From: an uncultured Candidatus Saccharibacteria bacterium
GTDB taxonomy: Bacteria; Patescibacteriota; Minisyncoccia; UBA6257; WO2-44-18
DNA length: 64,000 bases
Direction: 5' to 3'
Assembly: GCA_964373675.1 (NCBI GenBank)
Contig: CAYJVO010000002.1
Span: 3,054-67,053, forward strand
In this document: positions 26,982 to 36,467 of the stretch, piece by piece
Layout of the letters: the number at the start of each line of letters is the position of its first letter
Numbering within the stretch: the stretch's first letter is position 1
Position numbers and translations under genes: made by a program
The notes under the pieces: model-generated
Database searches by the model: none
What the model was told of the DNA's origin: nothing
The model's input: the letters and a program-made list of their open reading frames with translations, nothing else

Positions 26982-27003
26982 AAGCCTAGCAATTGCTAGG
27001 CTT
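26982..27003 (-). terminator. hairpin terminator downstream of 27028-28128 gene
   Basis: AAGCCTAGCAATTGCTAGGCTT is followed by TTTAAAT on the minus strand. Confidence 0.5.
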
Positions 27004-27027
27004 AATTGATTCTAGCCTATTTTAAGA

Positions 27028-28128
27028 CTATTTCACAATCTTAACAGAATCTTTACCTTCGAAAGAAAGATTATTCAACGTTTTTCCCTTAACAATACCT
27101 TCTGTATCTCCGGGCCGCAAATTAGTTCTCCGTGTATCAAAGTGGCAAATCAAATCCAAAAAGCCATCATTATTTATATCCTCTCCATTTTTATTACAAA
27201 ACACCAAGCTTTTTTCTTCACCTGTTTTACCAAACGTTAAGGAAATTGTATCCACAACACGAGGTGCATCAAAATTACCATCCGATAATAGAGCTATGGG
27301 AATCATACCATGGCTTTTACTATTAATTGCATTAGGATCGCTACCGGGTTTGATGTCTATATTAATTTGCTTTATAAGCGGATCACCTAAAAATCTAAAA
27401 GCTAAGTCGTTAAGAGCTCCAATAAACTGCCATTGCCCTTGTTTAAAATACATTAAATGGCCGTTTGGATAAATGTCTATGAAATCCGGGGGGTCCCAGG
27501 CACGAATCAAAGTGTTGTCACTCTCAATCACCATGGCGTAGGGAACATTTGCCGCCAGAACAAGGGGGGCTGTGGTAATATCTAGTACTGTAACAAATGA
27601 AGTAAGATCGCACGGGACGCCAGAAATTGTATATGAAGCCAGCGAAGCGCCGAAAGGAAAATCTGGGAAAGTGCTGATGGTGTCAATCTGATAAAAATGG
27701 ATGTTGAATAAAGAACCGCAAACGGGCATTTGAATCTTCGACACCCGGCCTCCTTTTTTACCCTTAACGCCTTTAAATTTAACATCAACATCTTTTGGTT
27801 CGGGCATCCCTTCCCAAGAATCAAAAAGCCAAATATCTCTATTTCTGGCGACCCTTGCTATAATCCCAGCGCTTCCTCCATTCCAAACACCACACTCCAC
27901 AAAACTGCCCTCAATACCATTCTTTTCTAGATTAAGAGCTTGCTCGTAGAGATTAGAAAGTCTTCGATAAGAGAGCAATGTATACGGTTTAACTTTTAAA
28001 ATAAGTATTATTTTTTTGAGCTGGAATAAGTCACTGGGCTTAATTCCAGCAAAAAATTTTCTTGTGGCTTTTATCTTCAGATACAGCCATTGAGTCAAAG
28101 CATTGCTTTTTAATAATTTTTTGATCAT
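27028..28128 (-). CDS. TylF-like SAM methyltransferase domain fused to a C-terminal domain of unknown function
   Basis: SFVECGVWNGGSAGIIARVA...IWLFDSWEGMPEP matches the TylF family. The C-terminal ~200 aa show no recognised motif. Confidence 0.5.
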   Translation of the reverse strand: MIKKLLKSNALTQWLYLKIKATRKFFAGIKPSDLFQLKKIILILKVKPYTLLSYRRLSNLYEQALNLEKNGIEGSFVECGVWNGGSAGIIARVARNRDIWLFDSWEGMPEPKDVDVKFKGVKGKKGGRVSKIQMPVCGSLFNIHFYQIDTISTFPDFPFGASLASYTISGVPCDLTSFVTVLDITTAPLVLAANVPYAMVIESDNTLIRAWDPPDFIDIYPNGHLMYFKQGQWQFIGALNDLAFRFLGDPLIKQINIDIKPGSDPNAINSKSHGMIPIALLSDGNFDAPRVVDTISLTFGKTGEEKSLVFCNKNGEDINNDGFLDLICHFDTRRTNLRPGDTEGIVKGKTLNNLSFEGKDSVKIVK

Positions 28129-28179
28129 AGACTTTTTATTATACAGTTTAAGGTTTTTTTCTCAACTTGTTGTTGCCTT

Positions 28180-30477
28180 TCAATAATTGAGTGTGTTTAA
28201 AATTTCTACTAGCTTTGTCATACAATTTCCTATTGAAAATTGTTTGGCCTTTTCTTTGGCATTTCTTACTATCTTTTCTCTAAAATTCTTATCACTGCCA
28301 ATTTTTCTAATAGCGGCCAGAATTTGTTCTTTGCGGTTGGGCTCAACCAAAATCCCTTCTTTGCCGTCATCAATGATTTCGGCTAAATTGCCGATCTTGG
28401 TAGTTATAACCGGCAGGCCGGCATTCATTGCTTCCACCACCTGAAATGAAAAACTCTCAAAAGAAGTATTTAAGACAAAAACCGTCACGCTATGCAATAA
28501 TTCCAATAATTTTTCTCGTGGAACGGCATCCAAGAAATCAACTTTATTTTTGACACCTGACACCTGACACTTGACACCGAGCGCTTCACGCTCTGGCCCG
28601 TCTCCCACAATCACCAATTTCCAGTCCGGCAAATCCCGCATTAAGTCAATCAAAACATCGAACCCCTTCCACGGCACCAGACGGCCAGCCGATAGAATGG
28701 TTTTGAGTTGATGAGTTGATGAGTTGATGAGTTTTTTGGATGGCGGATTATCTAGCTGTATGCCGTTGTAGATGACTTTCACTTTTTCCGGATTTTTTAT
28801 CCAGCCGCCGACTAGTTTTTGGAAGTACTGGCTGGGAGTGATAATTATCTTGGCCTGATTGGCAACAAACTTTTGCACGCTGCGCAATAATTCTGTTCGC
28901 AATCCATATCTTTTTTGCTGAAACTCATCAATAGAATCTTTAACCCCAAAACGCTGGGCCGCCTGCTCCCAAGCATAATCGCCGGCAACTCTCATAATAA
29001 AGGGCTTTCTCAAAACCTTGGCTGCCAGCATTGCCGGCAATCCTACGCTGACTGGATCCTGCGAATAAACAATGTCATTCCTCCGCGCCCTTAACAGACA
29101 TTTGAAAAAATAAATCAAATGGCGAATGCCAATCGGCCAGCGCCTGACAACCCGAAAGGGCAGAACCGCGATGCTCATTCCGTGCTTCGGCAATTCTTTT
29201 TCCAAAAGAGCGGTGTAAGTTGCCGGACCGCCGATCTCCGGAGGATAAATTCCGGTAGCTACTAAAAGTCGTGTAATTGGTAATTTGTAATTGGTAATTA
29301 GAGCTTGGAAAATATTTTTAATTTTTGATGCAATTTTGTCCCAGGAATAATTTTCTAAAACTAGCTTTCTTCCATTTTCAGCTATTTTGTTTCTTAGAAT
29401 ATCATTTTCCATCAAACCTTTTATCTTTCCAGCCACATCCTTAAAGTCATCAACTTGACAAAAAAGGCCCGTCTCGCCATCCTTTAAGAAATCAGAAATT
29501 CCCCCAACTGGAGTTCCGATAATTGGCAAGCCGGCCGCCATGGCTTCCAAAAAAGAATTGCCTAATCCTTCGGAACGAGATGGTCTTACAAAAATATCTG
29601 CCCCAGCCAAATAATTCGGTATCTTGTCCGGATCAACGTGGCCCAGAAACTCAATTTTGTCGGCTACTCCTAAATCCGAGGCTAGCTTTTTTAACTTTTC
29701 TTCATCTGGTCCAGAACCTAAAACCTGACACCTGATACTTGACACCTGATACTTCTTTAATTCTGCTACAGTTCGAATTAACGTATCAATGCCATTTTTA
29801 TGAACTAACCGCGAAGTTGTTATAAGGGTATAGGGTTTAGCGTTTAGGGTTTTAGATTTTTCACTATACGCCATACGCTTAACGCTAAACGCTTCAACAT
29901 TCACGCCATTCGGCACTACTTCAATCGGACACCTGGCTCCGTGCCGTCGCGCAAAATCCATCAGATAATTGCTGATTACTTGAATATAATCGGCCTTTTT
30001 GAATAAAAACCGCCACAAAGGATAAAAAATCCCCACCCGCCTCAAAATATGCGATTCGCTATCCCCCTCCTGCAGCGTAAGAAGAAGCGGGATGGACGGA
30101 TGCCGCAACTTGAAAAAAAGCGCGGCCATGCCGCCATAAGAAGCCATTATTGCCCAAATTAACTTAAAGGACTTTTTTTTGTGTTCTTGCTCTGCCGTTC
30201 GCCAAGCGCGAAAAGCGTACAAAATTTTTTTAAAAAAGTGGCCGTAATAATCGTGCTGGTTGAGGCCGCCGCTCCCGATCCTAATTACCTCAACATTGCT
30301 TATCTTTTCCCGCGAAAGCCAATGCCGGTCAAATTTGTAGGTAAAACAAAAAAAATTATCATCCGGCAGCCGATCAGTAATTTCTTTAACTGCCACTTCC
30401 GCGCCTCCCACGAAAGGAAAATAAGCGGTGCTGAAAATAACGATTTTAGGACTCATAAATCTTTTCTGTTTCTTCAA
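28180..30477 (-). CDS. tandem double GT4 glycosyltransferase (two GT-B units, 765 aa)
   Basis: Two GT4 signatures: VLGSGPDEEKL...GLGNSFLEAMAAGLPIIGT and VIVGDGPEREAL...SFQVVEAMNAGLPVITT. The gene contains five heptamer/octamer arrays in loop positions. Confidence 0.75.
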   Translation of the reverse strand: MKKQKRFMSPKIVIFSTAYFPFVGGAEVAVKEITDRLPDDNFFCFTYKFDRHWLSREKISNVEVIRIGSGGLNQHDYYGHFFKKILYAFRAWRTAEQEHKKKSFKLIWAIMASYGGMAALFFKLRHPSIPLLLTLQEGDSESHILRRVGIFYPLWRFLFKKADYIQVISNYLMDFARRHGARCPIEVVPNGVNVEAFSVKRMAYSEKSKTLNAKPYTLITTSRLVHKNGIDTLIRTVAELKKYQVSSIRCQVLGSGPDEEKLKKLASDLGVADKIEFLGHVDPDKIPNYLAGADIFVRPSRSEGLGNSFLEAMAAGLPIIGTPVGGISDFLKDGETGLFCQVDDFKDVAGKIKGLMENDILRNKIAENGRKLVLENYSWDKIASKIKNIFQALITNYKLPITRLLVATGIYPPEIGGPATYTALLEKELPKHGMSIAVLPFRVVRRWPIGIRHLIYFFKCLLRARRNDIVYSQDPVSVGLPAMLAAKVLRKPFIMRVAGDYAWEQAAQRFGVKDSIDEFQQKRYGLRTELLRSVQKFVANQAKIIITPSQYFQKLVGGWIKNPEKVKVIYNGIQLDNPPSKKLINSSTHQLKTILSAGRLVPWKGFDVLIDLMRDLPDWKLVIVGDGPEREALGVKCQVSGVKNKVDFLDAVPREKLLELLHSVTVFVLNTSFESFSFQVVEAMNAGLPVITTKIGNLAEIIDDGKEGILVEPNRKEQILAAIRKIGSDKNFREKIVRNAKEKAKQFSIGNCMTKLVEILNTLNY
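28551..28578. repeat. heptamer tandem array (TGACACC x4) inside double-GT4 CDS
   Basis: TGACACCTGACACCTGACACTTGACACC. It encodes GVKCQVSGVK. Confidence 0.85.
28704..28733. repeat. octamer tandem array (TGAGTTGA x3.5) inside double-GT4 CDS
   Basis: TGAGTTGATGAGTTGATGAGTTGATGAGTT. It encodes LINSSTHQLK. Confidence 0.8.
29274..29301. repeat. heptamer tandem array (TAATTGG x4) inside double-GT4 CDS
   Basis: TAATTGGTAATTTGTAATTGGTAATTAG. Confidence 0.8.
29724..29754. repeat. heptamer tandem array (CCTGAYA x4.4) inside double-GT4 CDS
   Basis: CCTGACACCTGATACTTGACACCTGATACTT. It encodes KYQVSSIRCQV. Confidence 0.85.
29832..29858. repeat. heptamer tandem array (AGGGTTT x4) inside double-GT4 CDS
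   Basis: AGGGTTTAGCGTTTAGGGTTTTAGATT. Confidence 0.7.
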
Positions 30478-31537
30478 CCATGTTATCCAAATTCAGTTTC
30501 GTTTTTCTAAAATTACTTGCTTCCAGCGAAAATTTTTGAGCTTCTTTTGGATTGTCTAAAAGAAATTTAATCGCCCTCGCCAGTTCCGCCGGTTCTCTCG
30601 GCGGCATCACCAAACCGCGTCCGCTTATAATTTCCGTCATGCCGCCGATTCTGGTAACAACTATCGGCAGCTGAGCCGCCATTGCTTCAATCATTGTATA
30701 AGGCAGACCTTCCTTTATTGAAGAAAGCACAAAAACATCAAAAGCTTTTAAATAGTGTGCGGCCGGAGCAATGTCTTGAATAATAAAGACCCGATTGTCC
30801 AATCCTAACTTTTTGATTTTTGATTCCAGATTTTTTCTTTGATACCCAGAACCCAAAATAATAAAATGCGTCTCGGGTACCAAGGCGGCCGTCTCAACTA
30901 GAGTGCGGTAATCCTTTTCCGCAACCAAACGGCCAATTGACCCTATCCAGACTGCTTCGGCGTCTAGTAATTTGCCGCTAATGGTTTTAATTGCTTTGCG
31001 GGCATCTTTTTTGCTCAAAAAAGAAAGTTCGGAAATCCCATTATGAATGGTCGTTAGCTTTTCCGGCGGAGCGATACGGCATTTCATTGCCAACTGACGG
31101 TCATATTCGGAAACATTAATGATTTTGTCCTGAAATAGAGCGGCTAATTTGTGAAGTAAAATATAAAACCGGCGGCGCCAAAAGCTAAAATCGTTATCAG
31201 GATTAAACACCCAGCCGTGAGCGGTAAAAATTACTCTTGGCACCCCAGCTAATTTGGCGGCGATTGCTCCGATAACTCCGGCTTTGGAACTGTTTAAATG
31301 AATGATTTCCGGTTTTTCCTTACGAAGTTTAAAGATAAGTTCCAACAAAGCCGCAATGTCATTAACAAAAAGCAAATGCGGCCAAAAAACGTTGGACAAG
31401 AATCGGACTCCGCCTTTTCCACCGGTAAGAATCTTAATTTCAAACTTTTTCGGATCCAAGCTCTCAACAAGATCCTTTACATACTTTTGAGCTCCGCCAA
31501 CATCGTCTTTGGTAATGACGAATAATATTTTAGTCAT
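30446..31537 (-). CDS. GT4-family glycosyltransferase
   Basis: IILGSGYQRKNL...EGLPYTMIEAMAAQLPIVVTRIGG is the GT4 signature. Confidence 0.75.
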   Translation of the reverse strand: MTKILFVITKDDVGGAQKYVKDLVESLDPKKFEIKILTGGKGGVRFLSNVFWPHLLFVNDIAALLELIFKLRKEKPEIIHLNSSKAGVIGAIAAKLAGVPRVIFTAHGWVFNPDNDFSFWRRRFYILLHKLAALFQDKIINVSEYDRQLAMKCRIAPPEKLTTIHNGISELSFLSKKDARKAIKTISGKLLDAEAVWIGSIGRLVAEKDYRTLVETAALVPETHFIILGSGYQRKNLESKIKKLGLDNRVFIIQDIAPAAHYLKAFDVFVLSSIKEGLPYTMIEAMAAQLPIVVTRIGGMTEIISGRGLVMPPREPAELARAIKFLLDNPKEAQKFSLEASNFRKTKLNLDNMVEETEKIYES

Positions 31538-32219
31538 TAAGTCGCGGGATTTCTGTTTTCACAGCTGTATCATTCGGATTAAATTCCAATACTTTTTTAT
31601 AATACTCAATCGCCTTTTCTTTGAATCCAAAATCGCGATAAAAATTGGCCAGCGTATAATAGGAACCGTAGATATTATTAAAGTCTCGCTGAACAGCGGC
31701 CAAATAATTAGCTTCCGCTTTTTTAAAATCGTTCAAATAATAGCCGTATAAATTAGCTAAGTTTAAATAAGGCAAAACCGGCTCCGGAGAAAGCAATTTC
31801 GCGTATTCCCAGGCATCGCGAGCGCCTTGGTAATTATTAAAAAACTTTTTGTGGATACCTACTGCCATCCAGCTTTCAAAATCTCCCGGTTTATTTTTTA
31901 AAATTTCGGCTAAATCGGCTAAATACTGTTTTTGTTTTTTCAGAGCCGACTGCGGCAGTTGAGAAATGATCGGATCGCTGCCAATAAAATTAATTGGTTC
32001 TCCGGCATAAACCGGCAATTTACTTGCCGGATTCTCTTGCGCAACTTTTTTTTCTTCTGCCGTCTCTAAATTTTGAGCTACCGGCGTAAACTCTGTATCT
32101 TTTCCTTTTATTAAAAGGTGGCTTGCGGCTACTATTGATAAAGCCAAAAGAGGAATTCCAACAAAGAAAATCAGCTTTCTCATATCAGCTAACTTATCAA
32201 ATTTAACTGATAAAAACAA
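31530..32219 (-). CDS. TPR-repeat protein with N-terminal membrane anchor
   Basis: N-terminal TM helix and TPR-like motifs (WEYAKLL, AIEYYKKVLEFNPND). Confidence 0.55.
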   Translation of the reverse strand: MFLSVKFDKLADMRKLIFFVGIPLLALSIVAASHLLIKGKDTEFTPVAQNLETAEEKKVAQENPASKLPVYAGEPINFIGSDPIISQLPQSALKKQKQYLADLAEILKNKPGDFESWMAVGIHKKFFNNYQGARDAWEYAKLLSPEPVLPYLNLANLYGYYLNDFKKAEANYLAAVQRDFNNIYGSYYTLANFYRDFGFKEKAIEYYKKVLEFNPNDTAVKTEIPRLND

Positions 32220-32300
32220 TCCCGCCCTCGCTGGTGCGAGGGCGGGACGCTAACTAATTAAGATCTCAAGCTCGTCCGCCTTTGGCGGAGATTACCCTAA

Positions 32301-35300
32301 TTAGAAGCTAAGCACTTCGGATGACATAGATACGGTTGGCAAGCCAGACAACAGGAATCCGGTGAACCAATCATCAGAAGCAATGGATTGCGTGGTGTTG
32401 GTAGCGTTATCTGACCAGATGAAGTCTTCATCAGCTTCAACCAAGGCGTCAATCAATGAAGCCGTAGCAGCAAATCTGCCAGCCGCGCTTGAAGCAGCAG
32501 CAGTTTGCGAGTAATCGCAAGCGCTGACAACGTTTTCAGTCGCCGCCGCATCGCACTGTACTGCGTTCCAAGCCGCATCACCCAATAGTTTAGTTGTAAT
32601 CGTTGGCGTGCTGGAAGCGCCAGTCACGTCAGCTTTCAACTCAAACCATCGAGTTTCGCCAGCCGGAATTCTGATTGCCGCAGCAGTTGCGCCGCTGGTA
32701 TCAGTCGGGTTAAAGAGCACTGGCACATCAACATCTGAATCAGCATCGGTTACTGTGCCGTCGCCGCCGCTAGCGTCAAAATCTCTGTTAGCTTCATTGC
32801 CATCAGCAATTGCCAAACCAAATTGGTTCAACAATCCGCTGGAGCTGCCGCAAGAACCCAAGCTAAATCCAGAATCGGAGTAGCAAAAAGCTCTGAGGTT
32901 AGTTACAGCGAATACCGCAGTGTCAGAAGGCTGAGTTACTGACGTAGTATTCGTTGAAAGATTAAAGGTGAACTTGTACAAGCTAACACCATTAGTGCCA
33001 GCCGGCGCTTCAACCTTGAAGCGGTACAAGATCTGATCAGAGGTATTGCTGAACTTACCGGAAGTAGCCAGTTTGGTAAGCGTTGGAATCGCTTTCACGA
33101 TTCTTCCGCCACTAGAGTTGGTGTCAGCATCAACGGCATCATCATCAGCGCCGTTGTAGATCGTGCTGCCAGAAGAGATACCAGTGGCTTTAAGGCCTTG
33201 TTCGCCTTCAGCCGCGTCATCATCTGGAGCATCGCCCCAACCGCCATCCCAGTTAATTGTTAGCAAATGACCGGGAACGGCTTGGGAAAGATTAACGCCA
33301 ATCGGAGCGATATCGGCTTTAACCGTCAAGAGCTTCTGAGTATCCTTCGGAACCGTAAAGCCAGTCAAAGTGGCGGTGGCATAATCGCTGGAAAAGATTG
33401 CTTCACCAACTTTGGTTGCGCCATCCCACAAGGTCACTTTGGTTAGATCAGAAGGAGAATTGGAAGCGTTAGCTTGACCGTTATCAGACGAGGAGCTTGC
33501 GATTTGAAGACCTATCTGATCCAAACGAATATCCTCATAAATCGCATCAAGTCTGAAGACTGCTAAGGTTTGATCAACCGTGCCTGCCTGTACGAGTTTC
33601 AGACCCGGACTAGCTGAATCAAGAGAAAGCGTTAAGGTTCCGGAAGTTTGCGGTATAATCGTTCGGCCGTTATCCGCGGTAATGGTCTCTGAAAGAGAAG
33701 TACCGGAAGTAACGCCGGTAGAAACTATCGTACTAGCTGCATTAATCAGACCCCAACCGACAAACTCGCTAGTGCCGCCGGCAGTCAAGTTACACTTAAG
33801 AGTTAAAATCTTAGAGGTGCCTTTCGGAATCACTAAGCCAGTATCAAGAGTGAAGGTCTTGTCTGCGCCAGCTGCGTCGTCATTGGTCGGATTAACGGTA
33901 TTTGATCCGCTAGTAATTACAGTAGCGCCATCAAACAGCTGACAATTAGATAATTCATCAGCCGTGTTGGCCGGATATGATGTCGTCAAATCCAGCACCA
34001 TTTGCGTTACCTTGACATCCTCTCCGGATTCGGTGGCGTCTAACACATATTTAGCAAACGAATAAGCGTTAGTGCCCCGAACCACATTTTGGTCAGGAGA
34101 TGTCGTAGCCGTGTCCGTTGAAATGGTAACCCTCAAATCAGCGGTCTTCATTGTCATTGCGCTCATCGTTACCGTGCCGCCGCCTGGAGTAATGGTCTGG
34201 GCCGTGCTTAGACCCCGAACCGTTGTCCAGTCGCCATTCGCTGTGGTAGAAGCCTGGATCTGATCGTTCTGGCTGAAGTCAGTGCCAAGTTTACCAACAA
34301 GTTTGTAAACATGGCGGCCGACTTTCAGAGTAACAGTGTCAGTAAAGCGGATGGCATTATTGTAGCCAGCCTGGCCGTCAACTGGACCAGCAATGACATT
34401 ACCGTTTTCATCAAGCAGTTTGATGTTAGTAATATCGTTGGTATCAATGGAACCGCCGGTGCCGGCCGCTTCAGTCAAAGCAACATCAAAGTTCATGGCC
34501 GCAGTCGTAATATCTTCGCCCTTAACATCAGCCAAGAAGCCGCCTAACGGCTGGTCTCCTAGGTTTTCTGCAATATTTTGAGAGACAACTGCGGTGGCTT
34601 TTTCCACTGTCAGAGTGCCAGCGCCGATAGTAGCCTGCGAAGCATCGTATCGTGGATTATTGGTCTGGAAATCGTTATCATCGTCAGTGCTATCAGCAGC
34701 TGCCTCGCCGCTGCCGATTGGCAAAATGTCATAGCCGTAAGTCAAACCAGTAACTTTAACGTCTGCGAGACGATAAAGATCAAAGTCAATGGTTCGGTTA
34801 GAACCGCTGAGAATATCTCCTTTGATATAGACCTCCTTGTTAAGACCTTTTTCAATCTTAACGCCGCTGCCGAATTTAGCGGTGTAATACTTACCGTCAG
34901 AGCTGATCTCAACATCGTAGGCAACGCCGTCAAGATAAATCTTTGTATTACCCAAATCGGAGGTTGCCGCCGAACCGGATTGGTTTAATCTAACAGACTT
35001 AACCAAAACGTCTTCATTAGAACCGGCAGTCATTTTCAAGGCCGTAAAGATATAACCTTTTGTGCCGATTTCTTTGGTAACGTTGTTGCGCGGATCCAAT
35101 GGACCGACATCCAATGTTACGCTGCCGATTGTCAGAGTGCTGTTAACGGTCATTACGTTTCCCGTCAACGGAAAAGTGGCATTCACAGCCGCTCCATTAG
35201 TCTCTACTCCAACCAAGGTCAAAGTAATTAATTGGCCGTTATAGTCGTTCTGGTCGCTATCAGAATCACCGGCTAAGGTAATCGTCCGAGTCTGACCAGC

Positions 35301-36083
35301 TTTAACTACAAAAGAATCGGTGAGTTTTAGACGGTGGTCGGATCCAAAGGTTTTGGCATCGCCAATGCGAACGCCGTCTTCATCCAAATGAACTACTCCG
35401 CTAAAAGCGGCATCATTACCCTGACCAGTCCTCTCAACTGTCAAAGACTTAACGGTAACATCGCCATCAGCCGATGCAGTTAATAATAATTTAGTAAATG
35501 GTCGGCTGGCGAATGATTCGCCGAATAGTCCTGAAACTGGTTGATCAGGAGCCAAAGTAACAGTCAAACCAGTACCCGTACCCGGCGTTGGAGCCGGAGC
35601 TGGGGCTGGAGCCGGAGCTGGGGCTGGAGCCGCTGCCAGCGAAGCATACTTAGCCCGAGATTTAGAACCAAAGTATCCTGCCGCTGGAGAAACGGCGCTA
35701 GCCGCCTGCCACTTGGCAACAGCAGATTGAGACAACGAACCAAAATAGGTCGTCTCATTGCCGGACGAACCAGAGCCGCTTGACGCTACCGGATATCCGG
35801 ATGCGTTAAGATATTGCTGCAAGCATTTCACGTCATCCCCTCTTACACCCACGGTGAGGTCGCGAGTGAAATTGCAAGAAACAGAAACGCCTGCGCCGGC
35901 CTGAGCCGTGGCTAATTTTGCCTGCAATTGCTGAATCTGAGCTAACAAGGCATTAATTTGAACTTGCAGCTCAGACACGCTCTGCGCGTGAGCTATTGGA
36001 ATCAGCATCGCTGATCCAGATAGCCAAATCGCCGTTGTCGCTGAAAGGACAACAGACGAAATTTTCTTAGTTAAATTACTCAT
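32301..36083 (-). CDS. large cell-surface protein (signal anchor, coiled-coil, peptidoglycan-binding domain, (PA)n linker, long Thr/Ser/Gly/Asp-rich beta domains)
   Basis: 1260 aa with an N-terminal hydrophobic anchor and a coiled-coil segment (LQVQINALLAQIQQLQAKLATAQAG). A PG-binding-like segment follows (GDDVKCLQQYLNASGYPV...FGSLSQSAVAKWQAA), then PAPAPAPAPAPAP. The remainder is low-complexity and beta-rich. Confidence 0.7.
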   Translation of the reverse strand: MSNLTKKISSVVLSATTAIWLSGSAMLIPIAHAQSVSELQVQINALLAQIQQLQAKLATAQAGAGVSVSCNFTRDLTVGVRGDDVKCLQQYLNASGYPVASSGSGSSGNETTYFGSLSQSAVAKWQAASAVSPAAGYFGSKSRAKYASLAAAPAPAPAPAPAPAPTPGTGTGLTVTLAPDQPVSGLFGESFASRPFTKLLLTASADGDVTVKSLTVERTGQGNDAAFSGVVHLDEDGVRIGDAKTFGSDHRLKLTDSFVVKAGQTRTITLAGDSDSDQNDYNGQLITLTLVGVETNGAAVNATFPLTGNVMTVNSTLTIGSVTLDVGPLDPRNNVTKEIGTKGYIFTALKMTAGSNEDVLVKSVRLNQSGSAATSDLGNTKIYLDGVAYDVEISSDGKYYTAKFGSGVKIEKGLNKEVYIKGDILSGSNRTIDFDLYRLADVKVTGLTYGYDILPIGSGEAAADSTDDDNDFQTNNPRYDASQATIGAGTLTVEKATAVVSQNIAENLGDQPLGGFLADVKGEDITTAAMNFDVALTEAAGTGGSIDTNDITNIKLLDENGNVIAGPVDGQAGYNNAIRFTDTVTLKVGRHVYKLVGKLGTDFSQNDQIQASTTANGDWTTVRGLSTAQTITPGGGTVTMSAMTMKTADLRVTISTDTATTSPDQNVVRGTNAYSFAKYVLDATESGEDVKVTQMVLDLTTSYPANTADELSNCQLFDGATVITSGSNTVNPTNDDAAGADKTFTLDTGLVIPKGTSKILTLKCNLTAGGTSEFVGWGLINAASTIVSTGVTSGTSLSETITADNGRTIIPQTSGTLTLSLDSASPGLKLVQAGTVDQTLAVFRLDAIYEDIRLDQIGLQIASSSSDNGQANASNSPSDLTKVTLWDGATKVGEAIFSSDYATATLTGFTVPKDTQKLLTVKADIAPIGVNLSQAVPGHLLTINWDGGWGDAPDDDAAEGEQGLKATGISSGSTIYNGADDDAVDADTNSSGGRIVKAIPTLTKLATSGKFSNTSDQILYRFKVEAPAGTNGVSLYKFTFNLSTNTTSVTQPSDTAVFAVTNLRAFCYSDSGFSLGSCGSSSGLLNQFGLAIADGNEANRDFDASGGDGTVTDADSDVDVPVLFNPTDTSGATAAAIRIPAGETRWFELKADVTGASSTPTITTKLLGDAAWNAVQCDAAATENVVSACDYSQTAAASSAAGRFAATASLIDALVEADEDFIWSDNATNTTQSIASDDWFTGFLLSGLPTVSMSSEVLSF

Positions 36084-36261
36084 TTTTGTTTAATTAATTT
36101 TTCGACTTTATGTTTATTTAATTTTTATGCTATCGACCAGTATATTTTTAATTTAATTTAGGATTACCTCCCCTTGTCGTCGACCTTGCCGCTAATCATT
36201 CAGTGAGGATGATGACTTTAAGCGGAAGCACAAGAGTATAATCTTTCTGGTTGCCTGTTAA

Positions 36262-36292
36262 AGTAAAAAATTCAGCCGTAATGAGGCTGAAA
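36262..36292 (-). terminator. rho-independent terminator (downstream of regulator gene, upstream of surface-protein gene)
   Basis: On the minus strand, TCAGCC-TCATTAC-GGCTGA is followed by ATTTTTTAC. Confidence 0.6.
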
Positions 36293-36467
36293 ATAATGCA
36301 CATCGATATCTCAAAAATATCGATCATATCATGCGGTTCAGCCTCACACTGAACCTCCCTGCCATCAGCAGAGAAACTTATTCAGTTTTCTGTAAAATAT
36401 AACGAATATCTCGGCTTTTCATTACGGCAATTTTAATTGCCGAATTAGTGAGGAAATCCGGCAAAAA

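Noticed and set aside
36084-36467. Considered calling a riboswitch in the 380-nt leader of the surface-protein gene.
   Set aside because: Several hairpins are visible but none matches a riboswitch consensus I can recognise by eye. Only the terminator at 36262-36292 is called.
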